Shown here: positions 21,169 to 29,929 of the stretch, piece after piece
Layout: each line of letters opens with the position of its first letter
Position numbering within the stretch: the stretch's first letter is position 1
Source of the DNA: an uncultured Bacteroidales bacterium
Lineage (GTDB): Bacteria > Bacteroidota > Bacteroidia > Bacteroidales > Paludibacteraceae
NCBI GenBank assembly: GCA_937901225.1
Contig: CALCGX010000127.1
Span: forward strand, 12,643-76,642
Direction: 5' to 3'
Length of the DNA stretch: 64,000 nucleotides
Notes under the pieces: model-generated
Seen by the model: the letters and a program-made list of their open reading frames with translations, nothing else
The model's database searches: none
Told to the model about the DNA's origin: nothing
Position numbers and translations under genes: made by a program

Positions 21169-22353
21169 ATGAAAAAAATCATTTCTCTTTTGGCTTTGTG
21201 CTGTTGCGCAATGATTATTGTTGCGGCGGAAAATGTTAAAGTTGGAGCAGAGCAAACCAAACAATATCTACCTTTGCTCAAAGGTAAACGTGTCGCGTTG
21301 ATGAGCAATCATACAGGCATTGTTATCCAAGGACAAGATACTATTCACACGCTTGATTTGTTACTCAAGCATGGTGTGAATGTTACTGCTATTTTCTCTC
21401 CTGAGCATGGTTTCCGTGGTACTGCACGCGAGGGCGAACATGTAGCAAGTAGCGTAGATGAGAAGACAGGCATACCTATTCTGTCGCTCTATGATGGTAA
21501 GAGTTACCGTCCTTCTAAAGAAGCAATGGCCACTTTTGATGTGCTTATCACCGACATCCAAGATGTAGGACTGCGTTTCTATACCTATTATATTACGATG
21601 TTTCGCCTCATGGACGCATGCGCACACGAAGGTAAGCAGTTTATCGTCTTCGACCGACCAAACCCTAATGGTTACTATGTGGATGGTCCTATCCTTGATA
21701 TGAAGCACAAATCTGGCGTGGGTGCATTGCCTATCCCTGTGGTGCATGGTATGACCTTGGGTGAACTGGCATTGATGATCAATGGTGAGAACTGGCTATA
21801 CGATTCGCTCCAAGTGGACCTGACTGTCATTCCTTGCAAAAATTATACTCACCAAACGTTATATCGTCTGCCAGTAGCGCCTTCGCCTAACCTACGCAAC
21901 ATGCTTTCTATTTACCTCTATCCTGCTGTGTGCTTGTTTGAGGCAACCCCTGTGTCTTTAGGTCGAGGTACGGATAAGCCATTCTTGTGCTATGGTCACC
22001 CCAATTTCAATGCGCCTCGCACCGAACCAAGTGCATATGGTCCTGCTATCACTTTCACGCCTAATCAATCTACTCAAAAAGGTCGCATTTGCGATGGTGT
22101 AGATCTCAGTGGTATGACCGAAGAAGAGGCACGTAAGGTAGGTTTCTCTTTGCGCTATCTGTTAGATGCTTACAAACATCTCAATATGGACAACTATTTC
22201 TTCCGTCCTTTCTTTGAGTTGTTGGTGGGACAAGATTATGTGCGTAAGATGATCAATCAAGGTAAGAGTGAGGAAGATATTCGTGCTTGCTGGCAAGAAG
22301 ATGTCGCTAAGTTCCAAGAGCAACGTCGTCCATATCTCCTCTACGAAGAATAA
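21169..22353 (+). CDS. DUF1343 / NamZ-like exo-beta-N-acetylmuramidase (GH171-type)
   Basis: LLKGKRVALMSNHTG, FSPEHGFRG and ITDIQDVGLRFYTY are characteristic DUF1343 blocks. Signal peptide present. Confidence 0.8.
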   Translation: MKKIISLLALCCCAMIIVAAENVKVGAEQTKQYLPLLKGKRVALMSNHTGIVIQGQDTIHTLDLLLKHGVNVTAIFSPEHGFRGTAREGEHVASSVDEKTGIPILSLYDGKSYRPSKEAMATFDVLITDIQDVGLRFYTYYITMFRLMDACAHEGKQFIVFDRPNPNGYYVDGPILDMKHKSGVGALPIPVVHGMTLGELALMINGENWLYDSLQVDLTVIPCKNYTHQTLYRLPVAPSPNLRNMLSIYLYPAVCLFEATPVSLGRGTDKPFLCYGHPNFNAPRTEPSAYGPAITFTPNQSTQKGRICDGVDLSGMTEEEARKVGFSLRYLLDAYKHLNMDNYFFRPFFELLVGQDYVRKMINQGKSEEDIRACWQEDVAKFQEQRRPYLLYEE

Positions 22354-22356
22354 TTT

Positions 22357-22394
22357 GTCTAACAGCCGTAAGCGGTCTAAAGTCTAACTTCTAA
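22357..22394. repeat. GTCTAA-type six-frame stop cassette (copy 1)
   Basis: gtctaaagtctaacttctaa lies at 22375-22394, with TAA every 7 nt on the plus strand and TAG every 7 nt on the minus strand. A near-identical 20-mer is at 29716-29735. Confidence 0.7.
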
Positions 22395-22401
22395 AAAATA
22401 T

Positions 22402-23853
22402 ATGAATTCATTAACTATTTTATTAGTCATTGCAGCTTATTTTGCGCTGCTGTTTTTTATTTCGTATTTAGCAGGACGTAAGGCAGACAATGCAGGTTTT
22501 TTCTCAGGAAACCGCAGTAGCAATTGGCTACTGGTAGCCATGTCCACCATTGGTGCTGCTATCTCGGGGGTCACTTTTGTAAGTGTACCAGGTATGGTTG
22601 CCACATCGGGTTGGGCATATATGCAGATGGTGCTTGGTTTCACCGTAGGTCAATTCTTGATTGCCTATGTACTTATCCCATTGTACTACAAACTCAACCT
22701 TACATCCATTTACCAATACCTCCAACAGCGTTTTGGCATGAATACCTACAAGTCGGGTGCTTGGCTCTTCTTTGTGAGCAAGATGCTTGGCGCTAGTGTG
22801 CGCTTGTTTGTGGTAAGCGAAGTGCTTCAGTTGTTGGTGTTCGATCGTTTAGCAGTGCCTGTCCCATTCTGGGTAAATGCCATTATTACTGTACTCATCG
22901 TGTATCTCTGCACCTTCAAGGGGGGCGTTAAGTCGCTCATATGGACAGATTTGCTCAAGACCTGCTGTCTTATCCTGTCTGTGGCTCTCTGCATCTACTT
23001 TGTGCTGCGCGCGGGCGTGAATATAGAAGGTTGGGGAGCAAGTGATATGACCCGCACCTTCTTCTTCGATGACCCTAAGAGCGGTAACTACTTCTGGAAA
23101 CAATTCCTGGCGGGTGTCTTCCTCGTGATTGCTACCACTGGTCTTGATCAAGACCTCATGCAGCGAACACTCTCATGCAAGAACCCACGCGAGAGTCAAA
23201 AGAACCTCATCGTAGGTGCACTCATGCAAATCGTAGTGATTGGTCTCTTCCTTTTCTTGGGTTATTTGCTCTATACCTATGCTGCTCAAACGGGTGTTGC
23301 CGAAGTTGCCAACCTCAAGGGCGATGAGGTATTCCCATTCTTGGCTACGGGCAACTACTTCCCTGTGATTGTGGGTGTCCTCTTTATTATCGGTTTTATC
23401 GCAGCGGCATATTCCGCAGCGGGTGGAGCCTTGACGGCACTAACAACCTCGTTCACGGTGGATATTCTCAACAAGGAGAAGGCCGACAACCTTACCAAAG
23501 TACGCACCATAGTGCACATAGGCATGGCTATACTGATGGCTGCTTGTATCTATGTCATCCACCTATTGAATGATGATTCGGTGATTCAAACCGTATATAA
23601 AGTTGCAAGTTATACCTATGGTCCATTGTTGGGTATGTTCTGTTTTGGTATCTTTACCAAGCAGCAAGTACGCGACCGTTGGATTCCATTGGTAGTGATA
23701 GCTGCACCTGTAATCACATGGATTATTGATGTCAATTCAGCCGTATGGTTTAATGGTTATGTGTTCTCTCACGAGCGCTTAATCTTGAATGCGCTACTCA
23801 CGTTTGTAGGTATGCTTTGCTTGTTGAATAGCACTGCAAAGCCAACCAAATAA
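22402..23853 (+). CDS. sodium:solute symporter (SSS) family transporter
   Basis: 483 aa, about 12-13 hydrophobic helices, SSS-like N-terminal region. The family call is from overall pattern only. Confidence 0.65.
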   Translation: MNSLTILLVIAAYFALLFFISYLAGRKADNAGFFSGNRSSNWLLVAMSTIGAAISGVTFVSVPGMVATSGWAYMQMVLGFTVGQFLIAYVLIPLYYKLNLTSIYQYLQQRFGMNTYKSGAWLFFVSKMLGASVRLFVVSEVLQLLVFDRLAVPVPFWVNAIITVLIVYLCTFKGGVKSLIWTDLLKTCCLILSVALCIYFVLRAGVNIEGWGASDMTRTFFFDDPKSGNYFWKQFLAGVFLVIATTGLDQDLMQRTLSCKNPRESQKNLIVGALMQIVVIGLFLFLGYLLYTYAAQTGVAEVANLKGDEVFPFLATGNYFPVIVGVLFIIGFIAAAYSAAGGALTALTTSFTVDILNKEKADNLTKVRTIVHIGMAILMAACIYVIHLLNDDSVIQTVYKVASYTYGPLLGMFCFGIFTKQQVRDRWIPLVVIAAPVITWIIDVNSAVWFNGYVFSHERLILNALLTFVGMLCLLNSTAKPTK

Positions 23854-23871
23854 CATGGTGATATATAAAGC

Positions 23872-23906
23872 AATAGGGTGTGCATCAGCACACCCTATTT
23901 GTTTTT
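23872..23906. terminator. bidirectional terminator between convergent SSS gene and rpoD
   Basis: A 12-bp perfect stem, aatagggtgtgc / gcacaccctatt, plus a T-run. Confidence 0.65.
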
Positions 23907-23920
23907 ATTTGTCATCAAAA

Positions 23921-24781
23921 TTATCCGAGATATGTCTTTAAGATACTGCTTCGTGAGCTGTGTTTAAGTTTCTTAATAGCCTTCTCTTTAATTTGTCGCA
24001 CACGCTCGCGCGTGAGGTCCAATTCGATGCCAATCTCTTCCAATGTTTTCTCTGGAACACCAATTCCGAAGAAACTGCGCAAGATATCCGCTTCGCGGGG
24101 AGTGAGTTGTTCCAGTGCACGATCAATCTCTCTGGAAAGCGATTCGTTGATCAGTTTGTAATCGGCATTAGGAGAGTCTTCGTTAACCATCACGTCGATA
24201 AGGCTATTGTCCTCGCCTTCTACGAATGGGGCATCTACACTGACTTGACGTCCTGACATCTTGAGTGTATCGGCAATCTTATCCACAGGAATGTCTAAGA
24301 TTTCAGCCAACTCCTCAGCACTTGGCTTACGCTCGTGCTCTTGCTCGAAACGTTGGAAAGCCTTGTTGATTTTGTTGAGCGAACCTACTTGGTTCAGTGG
24401 CAGGCGCACGATACGTGCTTGCTCTGCAAGAGCTTGTAGGATGGACTGACGAATCCACCATACGGCATATGAGATGAACTTGAAGCCACGTGTCTCATCG
24501 AATTTTTCTGCTGCTTTGATAAGCCCAAGGTTGCCTTCGTCAATCAGGTCAGGAAGGCTCAATCCTTGATTTTGATACTGTTTTGCTACAGAGACAACGA
24601 AGCGTAGATTGGCGCGTGTTAATTCCTCAAGGGCAGCTCTATCGCCATTGCGGATACGACCAGCCAACTCCACCTCACGATCAACCGAAATCAATGGCTC
24701 GCGACCAATCTCTTGGAGATACTTGTCGAGCGAAGCTGACTCGCGGTTGGTAATGGATTTTGTGATTTTTAACTGACGCAT
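23921..24781 (-). CDS. rpoD: primary RNA polymerase sigma factor (Bacteroidota sigma-A)
   Basis: 286 aa. Region 2 [17 protein letters not shown] and region 4.2 [24 protein letters not shown]. Confidence 0.92.
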   Translation of the reverse strand: MRQLKITKSITNRESASLDKYLQEIGREPLISVDREVELAGRIRNGDRAALEELTRANLRFVVSVAKQYQNQGLSLPDLIDEGNLGLIKAAEKFDETRGFKFISYAVWWIRQSILQALAEQARIVRLPLNQVGSLNKINKAFQRFEQEHERKPSAEELAEILDIPVDKIADTLKMSGRQVSVDAPFVEGEDNSLIDVMVNEDSPNADYKLINESLSREIDRALEQLTPREADILRSFFGIGVPEKTLEEIGIELDLTRERVRQIKEKAIKKLKHSSRSSILKTYLG

Positions 24782-24870
24782 GTAGTACAGTTAACAATTA
24801 ATAATTAATAGTTAATATTTGAAAAGCAATCATAATTCTTAATTCAAAATTAATAATTATCCTTGCTTTG

Positions 24871-24944
24871 TGATCCGGTCGGGATTCGAACCCGAGACCC
24901 ACAGCTTAGAAGGCTGTTGCTCTATCCAGCTGAGCTACCAGACC
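24871..24944 (-). tRNA. tRNA-Arg (anticodon TCT)
   Basis: Manual cloverleaf fold. Acceptor GGTCTGG/CCGGATC, anticodon loop CTTCTAA, T-loop TTCGAAT. 74 nt, no encoded CCA. Confidence 0.85.
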
Positions 24945-25034
24945 CTCGCGCGTTAGCGCGAAAATAAACTGTGCTTACGCACAAAATTACCTATGTAGGC
25001 ACACAAAATAGTGCCTACAAAGGCAATTAGGGCG

Positions 25035-25066
25035 CAAAATTACTGCTTTTTTTTGAATTATGCAAA
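25035..25066 (-). promoter_or_regulatory. sigma-A promoter upstream of tRNA-Arg (and possibly rpoD)
   Basis: The minus strand reads TTTG, then a 20-nt spacer (cataattcaaaaaaaagcag), then TAATTTTG. Confidence 0.5.
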
Positions 25067-25082
25067 TAATTTTGCAAATTTC

Positions 25083-25397
25083 TTACAAAAGTTCTTCAAA
25101 AAGCTTTTGCAGATCGGGTTTGCGCATAGCACCTACACTGCGATTTACCAACTCGCCGTTCTTAAAGAATAGGATCGTTGGGATGTTCATGATGCCGTAT
25201 GCAGAGCATGTCTCATCGTTGTCATCTACATTGAGCTTACCTACGGTGATCTTGCCTTCATACTCAGCTGCCAACTCTTCTACGATAGGCAACATCATCT
25301 TGCAAGGACCACACCAAGGTGCCCAAAAATCTACTACGAGGGGTTTGCCCTCTGCTAACAATTCTTGAAAGTTAGCATCTGTAATCTCTTTTGCCAT
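25083..25397 (-). CDS. trxA: thioredoxin
   Basis: WAPWCGPCK active site. 104 aa. Confidence 0.92.
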   Translation of the reverse strand: MAKEITDANFQELLAEGKPLVVDFWAPWCGPCKMMLPIVEELAAEYEGKITVGKLNVDDNDETCSAYGIMNIPTILFFKNGELVNRSVGAMRKPDLQKLFEELL

Positions 25398-25402
25398 AGT
25401 TG

Positions 25403-27667
25403 TTATATTTTTATTGTTTTATTTTCTGTCATACCTGATAGCAAGATGTCTGTGATAGGATCTTCTACCAAAGTTTGAATAGCGCGTTTCAGCGGACGCG
25501 CACCGTACTTGCGGTCGCGCGAACGCTCGAGCAACTGCTCTGTGGTCTTTTTTGTCAGTTGCAATTTGTAGCCCATTGCCTCCAAACGTAGTTTCAATGG
25601 GTGTAATTCAAGCGTCAAAATCTGTGCCAAAGCTTCGTCGTTTAACGGGTGGAAAACGACTACATTGTCTAATCGGTTGACAAACTCGGGTGGGAAAGTG
25701 CGATTCAATGCTTTCGTGAGCATATATTCCGACTGTTTCTCGTCGATTTCATCGGCATTGAAGCCTATACCAGCGCCAAATTCATTCAGCTGACGTGTGC
25801 CCACATTGCTTGTCATGATGATGATGGTGTTGCGAAAATCTACCACACGCCCCTGACGATCTGTCAGTCTCCCTTCATCCATGACTTGTAGCAGGATGTT
25901 AAATATGTCAGCATGTGCCTTCTCGATCTCATCGAATAGCACAATCGAATATGGTTTGCGGCGTACGGCTTCTGTCAGTTTACCTCCCTCTTCATGAGCA
26001 ACATATCCAGGAGGAGCACCCACGAGCAAACTTACAGTGTGCTTCTCAATATATTCTGACATGTCAAAGCGCACGATTGCATCGCGATTGCCAAACATCT
26101 CTTCTGCTAAACATTGTGCCAAGTGCGTCTTACCTACGCCTGTAGGACCGAGCAAGAAGAAGGTGCCAATCGGTTTGTTTGGATTGCGCAATCCCATACG
26201 CGAACGTTGTATGGCTTTCACAATGGTGTCAATGGCTTTGTCTTGCCCAATTACGCGTTGCTTGATTACCTCACTCATTTGACGCAATTGTTCGCCTTCA
26301 GCCTGCGCTACGCGCTGTACGGGTACGCCTGACATTCTGCTCACCACGAATGCTACATCCGCTTCGGTCACTTTGACCATTGTCTCATCGCCTTCTTGCT
26401 TTTTCGCCTGACTACCTTTCCACGCTCCAGCCTCATCCATGGCATCAATTGCCTTGTCTGGGAAGAAGCGGTCGGTAATATACCTATCGGTCAATTTTAC
26501 ACACGCGTGCAACGCTTCTTCGGTGTATTGTACATGATGGAAGGCACCATACACCTCGCTAATACGTGTCAGTACGGCATAGGTTTCTTCTGCTGAGGTA
26601 GGTTGTACCATCACTTTTTGGAAACGACGTTCCAAAGCCCCATCTTTTTCTATTGATTTGCGGTATTCGGTGATAGTGGTAGCGCCAATGCATTGTACTT
26701 CACCACGAGCCAAGGCGGGCTTGAGGATATTCGCCGCATCCAATGAGCCTTGTGCATTGCCCGCTCCCATAATAGTGTGGATTTCATCAACAAAAAGGAT
26801 GATCTCAGGGTGCTTGTGCAGTTCGTTGATAACGGACTTCATGCGCTCTTCAAACTGTCCGCGATAGGTAGTGCCTGCCACCATAGATGCGATATCCAAT
26901 GACACGATGCGTTTGCCTGCCAATGTAGCTGCTTCGCCACTCTCAATGCGCAATGCCAATCCCTCTACAATGGCCGATTTGCCTACACCAGGCTCGCCGA
27001 TGAGGATAGGGTTATTCTTCTTTCTGCGTGAGAGAATCTGTACCACGCGCTCTATCTCAGCTTGACGTCCTACTACAGGGTCAAGTTCGCCATTGCGCGC
27101 TTGAGCGGTCAAGTCGCGACCATATTTATCCAAAGCGGGTGTGCCTGTTTTGCTAGTCTTGGTTCTTTGTTCTTGGCTCTTGGTTCCCCATTCAAGCGGT
27201 TGTTCTCCAGCAAACTCCGAGTCAAGGTTGTTGCCATCTTGAGGTAATGGCTGTGGCTTAGGATATAGCCCTTCTATACGCTCATAATCAATACCAAACT
27301 GCTGCTCGATAAACATTGCAGGGTAGTTCACGCGCTCGCGTAGTAAACCAAGTAGCAAGTGTACCGAACCGCATTCTTCTGCGTGATAGATCTTAGCTTC
27401 GATTTGCATTAATCGCAATATGCGCAGGCTAGCGCGCGACATCTTTTGTGTTTCGTTGGTGCTTGCTTGCATCAATCGTTCATCAATCGCACGTTTGAGT
27501 TCCACTGGATTCAGTCCCGCTTGCATCAGCAGTTCGAATGCTTTGCCATTGGCCAATCGCAGAATACCCAACATCAAGTGGTCAGGCAGTACCTCGCTAT
27601 TGCCCAATCGCTGTGCCTCTTGTTGAGCATAAAGGAGAATAGTATTTAAATTATTTGTTTGTAGCAT
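25403..27667 (-). CDS. ClpA/ClpC-family AAA+ chaperone ATPase
   Basis: Clp_N repeats. Two Walker A motifs, GEPGVGKSAIVEGLA and GPTGVGKTHLAQ. 754 aa. Confidence 0.88.
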   Translation of the reverse strand: MLQTNNLNTILLYAQQEAQRLGNSEVLPDHLMLGILRLANGKAFELLMQAGLNPVELKRAIDERLMQASTNETQKMSRASLRILRLMQIEAKIYHAEECGSVHLLLGLLRERVNYPAMFIEQQFGIDYERIEGLYPKPQPLPQDGNNLDSEFAGEQPLEWGTKSQEQRTKTSKTGTPALDKYGRDLTAQARNGELDPVVGRQAEIERVVQILSRRKKNNPILIGEPGVGKSAIVEGLALRIESGEAATLAGKRIVSLDIASMVAGTTYRGQFEERMKSVINELHKHPEIILFVDEIHTIMGAGNAQGSLDAANILKPALARGEVQCIGATTITEYRKSIEKDGALERRFQKVMVQPTSAEETYAVLTRISEVYGAFHHVQYTEEALHACVKLTDRYITDRFFPDKAIDAMDEAGAWKGSQAKKQEGDETMVKVTEADVAFVVSRMSGVPVQRVAQAEGEQLRQMSEVIKQRVIGQDKAIDTIVKAIQRSRMGLRNPNKPIGTFFLLGPTGVGKTHLAQCLAEEMFGNRDAIVRFDMSEYIEKHTVSLLVGAPPGYVAHEEGGKLTEAVRRKPYSIVLFDEIEKAHADIFNILLQVMDEGRLTDRQGRVVDFRNTIIIMTSNVGTRQLNEFGAGIGFNADEIDEKQSEYMLTKALNRTFPPEFVNRLDNVVVFHPLNDEALAQILTLELHPLKLRLEAMGYKLQLTKKTTEQLLERSRDRKYGARPLKRAIQTLVEDPITDILLSGMTENKTIKI

Positions 27668-27681
27668 GATTGTCTAACTTC

Positions 27682-29712
27682 TTATTTGTAAAAATGCCAT
27701 GCCAATCCCGCTCTGAACATGTCTGGTGCCATCGGATAACCAGGCATCTCGAAGTATTGTTTGTTCATAAATGATGCGTTGAAGTGTTGGTATTGCGCAA
27801 ACAACTTCAGTCGCAAACTCTTTACATAGAAATTGGCATATACATTCATCACGGGGTAATTGCCCACTTGCTCTTGGTCTTGCACGCAGAATTGTCCCAA
27901 TGCTGGGTTTAGTATAGGGGCGTAATATTTCGTAAAGAATCGCATATCTACACCAATCTGCGTATCCAATGCCTTGAACCAACATCCGTGGTAGTAGAGG
28001 TTGTGGTATAGGGTGATGGCGGGCAATGGTAGTTTGTCAGAGGATGAGTGTTGATATACCACATGATTATCTAGATTCACCCATGGAGTGGTGATGTTGA
28101 GTTGCAAATCTGCTGCCAATACTTGTATATTACCATCCACTTGCTTAGGGGTGCCATCGGTGGAAAAATAAATATGATTGGTGATGTTCTCAAATGACAC
28201 ATTGAGCTTTGGCTTTACCCACTGGGTAGGATAAGCAATCTCTCCACTCACTTGTAATCGTAGAGGTCGCTGAAAATCATTATCCCAACGGTAGTGATTG
28301 CTGCGGTAGTGTGTCAGATAGTAATCGGGAACTTCGTTTCGGAAGAATGCTTTGGCGGTGATTGACATTGAGTCTTTGCCCAAACGGAAGCCTGCATCCA
28401 CATGTCCGTTTACCTGAAATTCGCCCAACTTGTATCCCAGTACGCATATGTTTCCATCAAATCCATAATGTACGTATTGTCCGCGATGCTTGTATAGCGC
28501 ACCGCCCACATAAGTATTGTTGGTCCAGCGTTGTCCAAAGAGGGTGTCTGGCATCAAGTGTAATGTGTTGGTAATGACATCGTTATATGAGTTACCCTGT
28601 GGGAAAGGGTTGAGATTGACAATGTTTTCCTCTTGTCCTATAGCGGTGGTATGACGCTGACATTCATTCATGGCATATACCATGGCACCGAATTTGAGTA
28701 CGGTATTAAACTCCTCTTCGAAGGTGACCGCCAAGGTGTTCTTGATGGTTAGGCATGCTGCGGAGTCGTTGGTTGCCACGGGGTTGTGATACTGGTTGGG
28801 CAGAATGCTTTGTGTGGCAGATTTCTCCACATACCGCTTCGTGCCATCGGTTACTTCGAATATATGGCGGAAGGTAGTCACGGGCACATACTCAATCTTG
28901 ATGGAGTCTTTCTTTACCCATTTGCCTTCTTCATCGCGCTCGCGGTAGTTTACTTTGCGTTCACGTTCTACGCAGATACTATAGTAATGATTCAGATACC
29001 CCGACAAATAGCGCAACGCCGACATACCCTGCATTCTTACTGGCATATCCTCTGGTTTGAGTACGCCTTGTAGATCAGCGGGATTCTGCAAGCCGCCGTT
29101 CTCAAAGTTGCTCAGCGTGTTCCATGTGAAGGACGATTGTAGCGAATAGTGGTCGCCATTGTAGCTTCCGAACACCGAACCGAATACCGTCTTACCTTCT
29201 TGATTGGCAAAACGACCATACGAGTTGAGGTAGTCGATGGTCATACCAAGATTGGTACGACGACTGACGTTGCCTGTGAAAGAAAAACTGATGTCGTTTT
29301 GGTCGAGGTTGGTAACAAACCCTTTTTTGTACGCAATGGTGGAGTAGGGGGTAGTGGTGTGATAGTATTTCACCTGTTGCGGTGTGATAATGTATGGGGT
29401 GTATGCATCTGCAAAGATGAAGTCCGTGGTCTTCTTTCGTGCGAAATAGATACGTGACTGACTGGGGGATATGAGGTTGGAGTTGCTGACGTTGGAGATG
29501 GAGTAATCATTGAGTGGGTCGCGCATGGGCAAATGCATATATGAGGAGTCGATACCTGCCAATGTGTCTGCTACGCCCGTCCATTCATCAAGTTGCCATG
29601 CTCGTATGATGGTAGGCACCGATTTCTTATCTTGAGCATACACATCTATCATGCTGCATAAAATCAATATGCAGGTGCAGATGATACGTGATATGTGGTT
29701 AATGCTGTGCAA
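27682..29712 (-). CDS. outer-membrane beta-barrel protein (putative-porin-like)
   Basis: TTG start, signal peptide ending VYAQ, alternating beta-strand-like pattern, aromatic C-terminus. The family call is tentative. Confidence 0.6.
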   Translation of the reverse strand: MHSINHISRIICTCILILCSMIDVYAQDKKSVPTIIRAWQLDEWTGVADTLAGIDSSYMHLPMRDPLNDYSISNVSNSNLISPSQSRIYFARKKTTDFIFADAYTPYIITPQQVKYYHTTTPYSTIAYKKGFVTNLDQNDISFSFTGNVSRRTNLGMTIDYLNSYGRFANQEGKTVFGSVFGSYNGDHYSLQSSFTWNTLSNFENGGLQNPADLQGVLKPEDMPVRMQGMSALRYLSGYLNHYYSICVERERKVNYRERDEEGKWVKKDSIKIEYVPVTTFRHIFEVTDGTKRYVEKSATQSILPNQYHNPVATNDSAACLTIKNTLAVTFEEEFNTVLKFGAMVYAMNECQRHTTAIGQEENIVNLNPFPQGNSYNDVITNTLHLMPDTLFGQRWTNNTYVGGALYKHRGQYVHYGFDGNICVLGYKLGEFQVNGHVDAGFRLGKDSMSITAKAFFRNEVPDYYLTHYRSNHYRWDNDFQRPLRLQVSGEIAYPTQWVKPKLNVSFENITNHIYFSTDGTPKQVDGNIQVLAADLQLNITTPWVNLDNHVVYQHSSSDKLPLPAITLYHNLYYHGCWFKALDTQIGVDMRFFTKYYAPILNPALGQFCVQDQEQVGNYPVMNVYANFYVKSLRLKLFAQYQHFNASFMNKQYFEMPGYPMAPDMFRAGLAWHFYK

Positions 29713-29715
29713 TGT

Positions 29716-29770
29716 GTCTAATGTCTAACTTCTAACAGCTTTTTTCGGTGGTCTAATATCGAACTTCTAA
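29716..29770. repeat. GTCTAA-type six-frame stop cassette (copy 2, plus a degenerate second copy)
   Basis: gtctaatgtctaacttctaa at 29716-29735 and ggtctaatatcgaacttctaa at 29750-29770. A partial copy, gtctaacttct, is at 27672-27682. Confidence 0.7.
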
Positions 29771-29804
29771 GATATCGCAAACTACCCCAATGTAAATTGG
29801 GCTG

Positions 29805-29836
29805 CAAAGGTACAAAAAAAAAAGTATATGTGCAAG
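29805..29836 (-). promoter_or_regulatory. candidate sigma-A promoter for 27682..29712
   Basis: Minus-strand TACCTTTG at 29805-29812. The -33 position reads CTTG (imperfect). T10 in the spacer. Confidence 0.4.
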
Positions 29837-29929
29837 AGTTTTTGTGAAATTTTCTGTAGGTTACGCGACCACTTCGCGACCACTGTAGCACATCTGTCGC
29901 CTATCTGTGTCATAGTGGTGGCACTCCGA

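Noticed and set aside
24791-24818. Four tandem heptamers (ttaacaa ttaataa ttaatag ttaatat) immediately upstream of the rpoD start codon as a regulatory repeat.
   Set aside because: This is most simply an AT-rich, unstructured leader, as is usual for translation initiation in Bacteroidota. There is no second copy or conserved flank to support a discrete element.
24845-24852. A dedicated rpoD promoter (minus-strand TAATTTTG between tRNA-Arg and rpoD).
   Set aside because: The -33 position would fall inside the tRNA and does not read TTTG. rpoD may instead be co-transcribed from the promoter at 25035-25066. Left uncalled.
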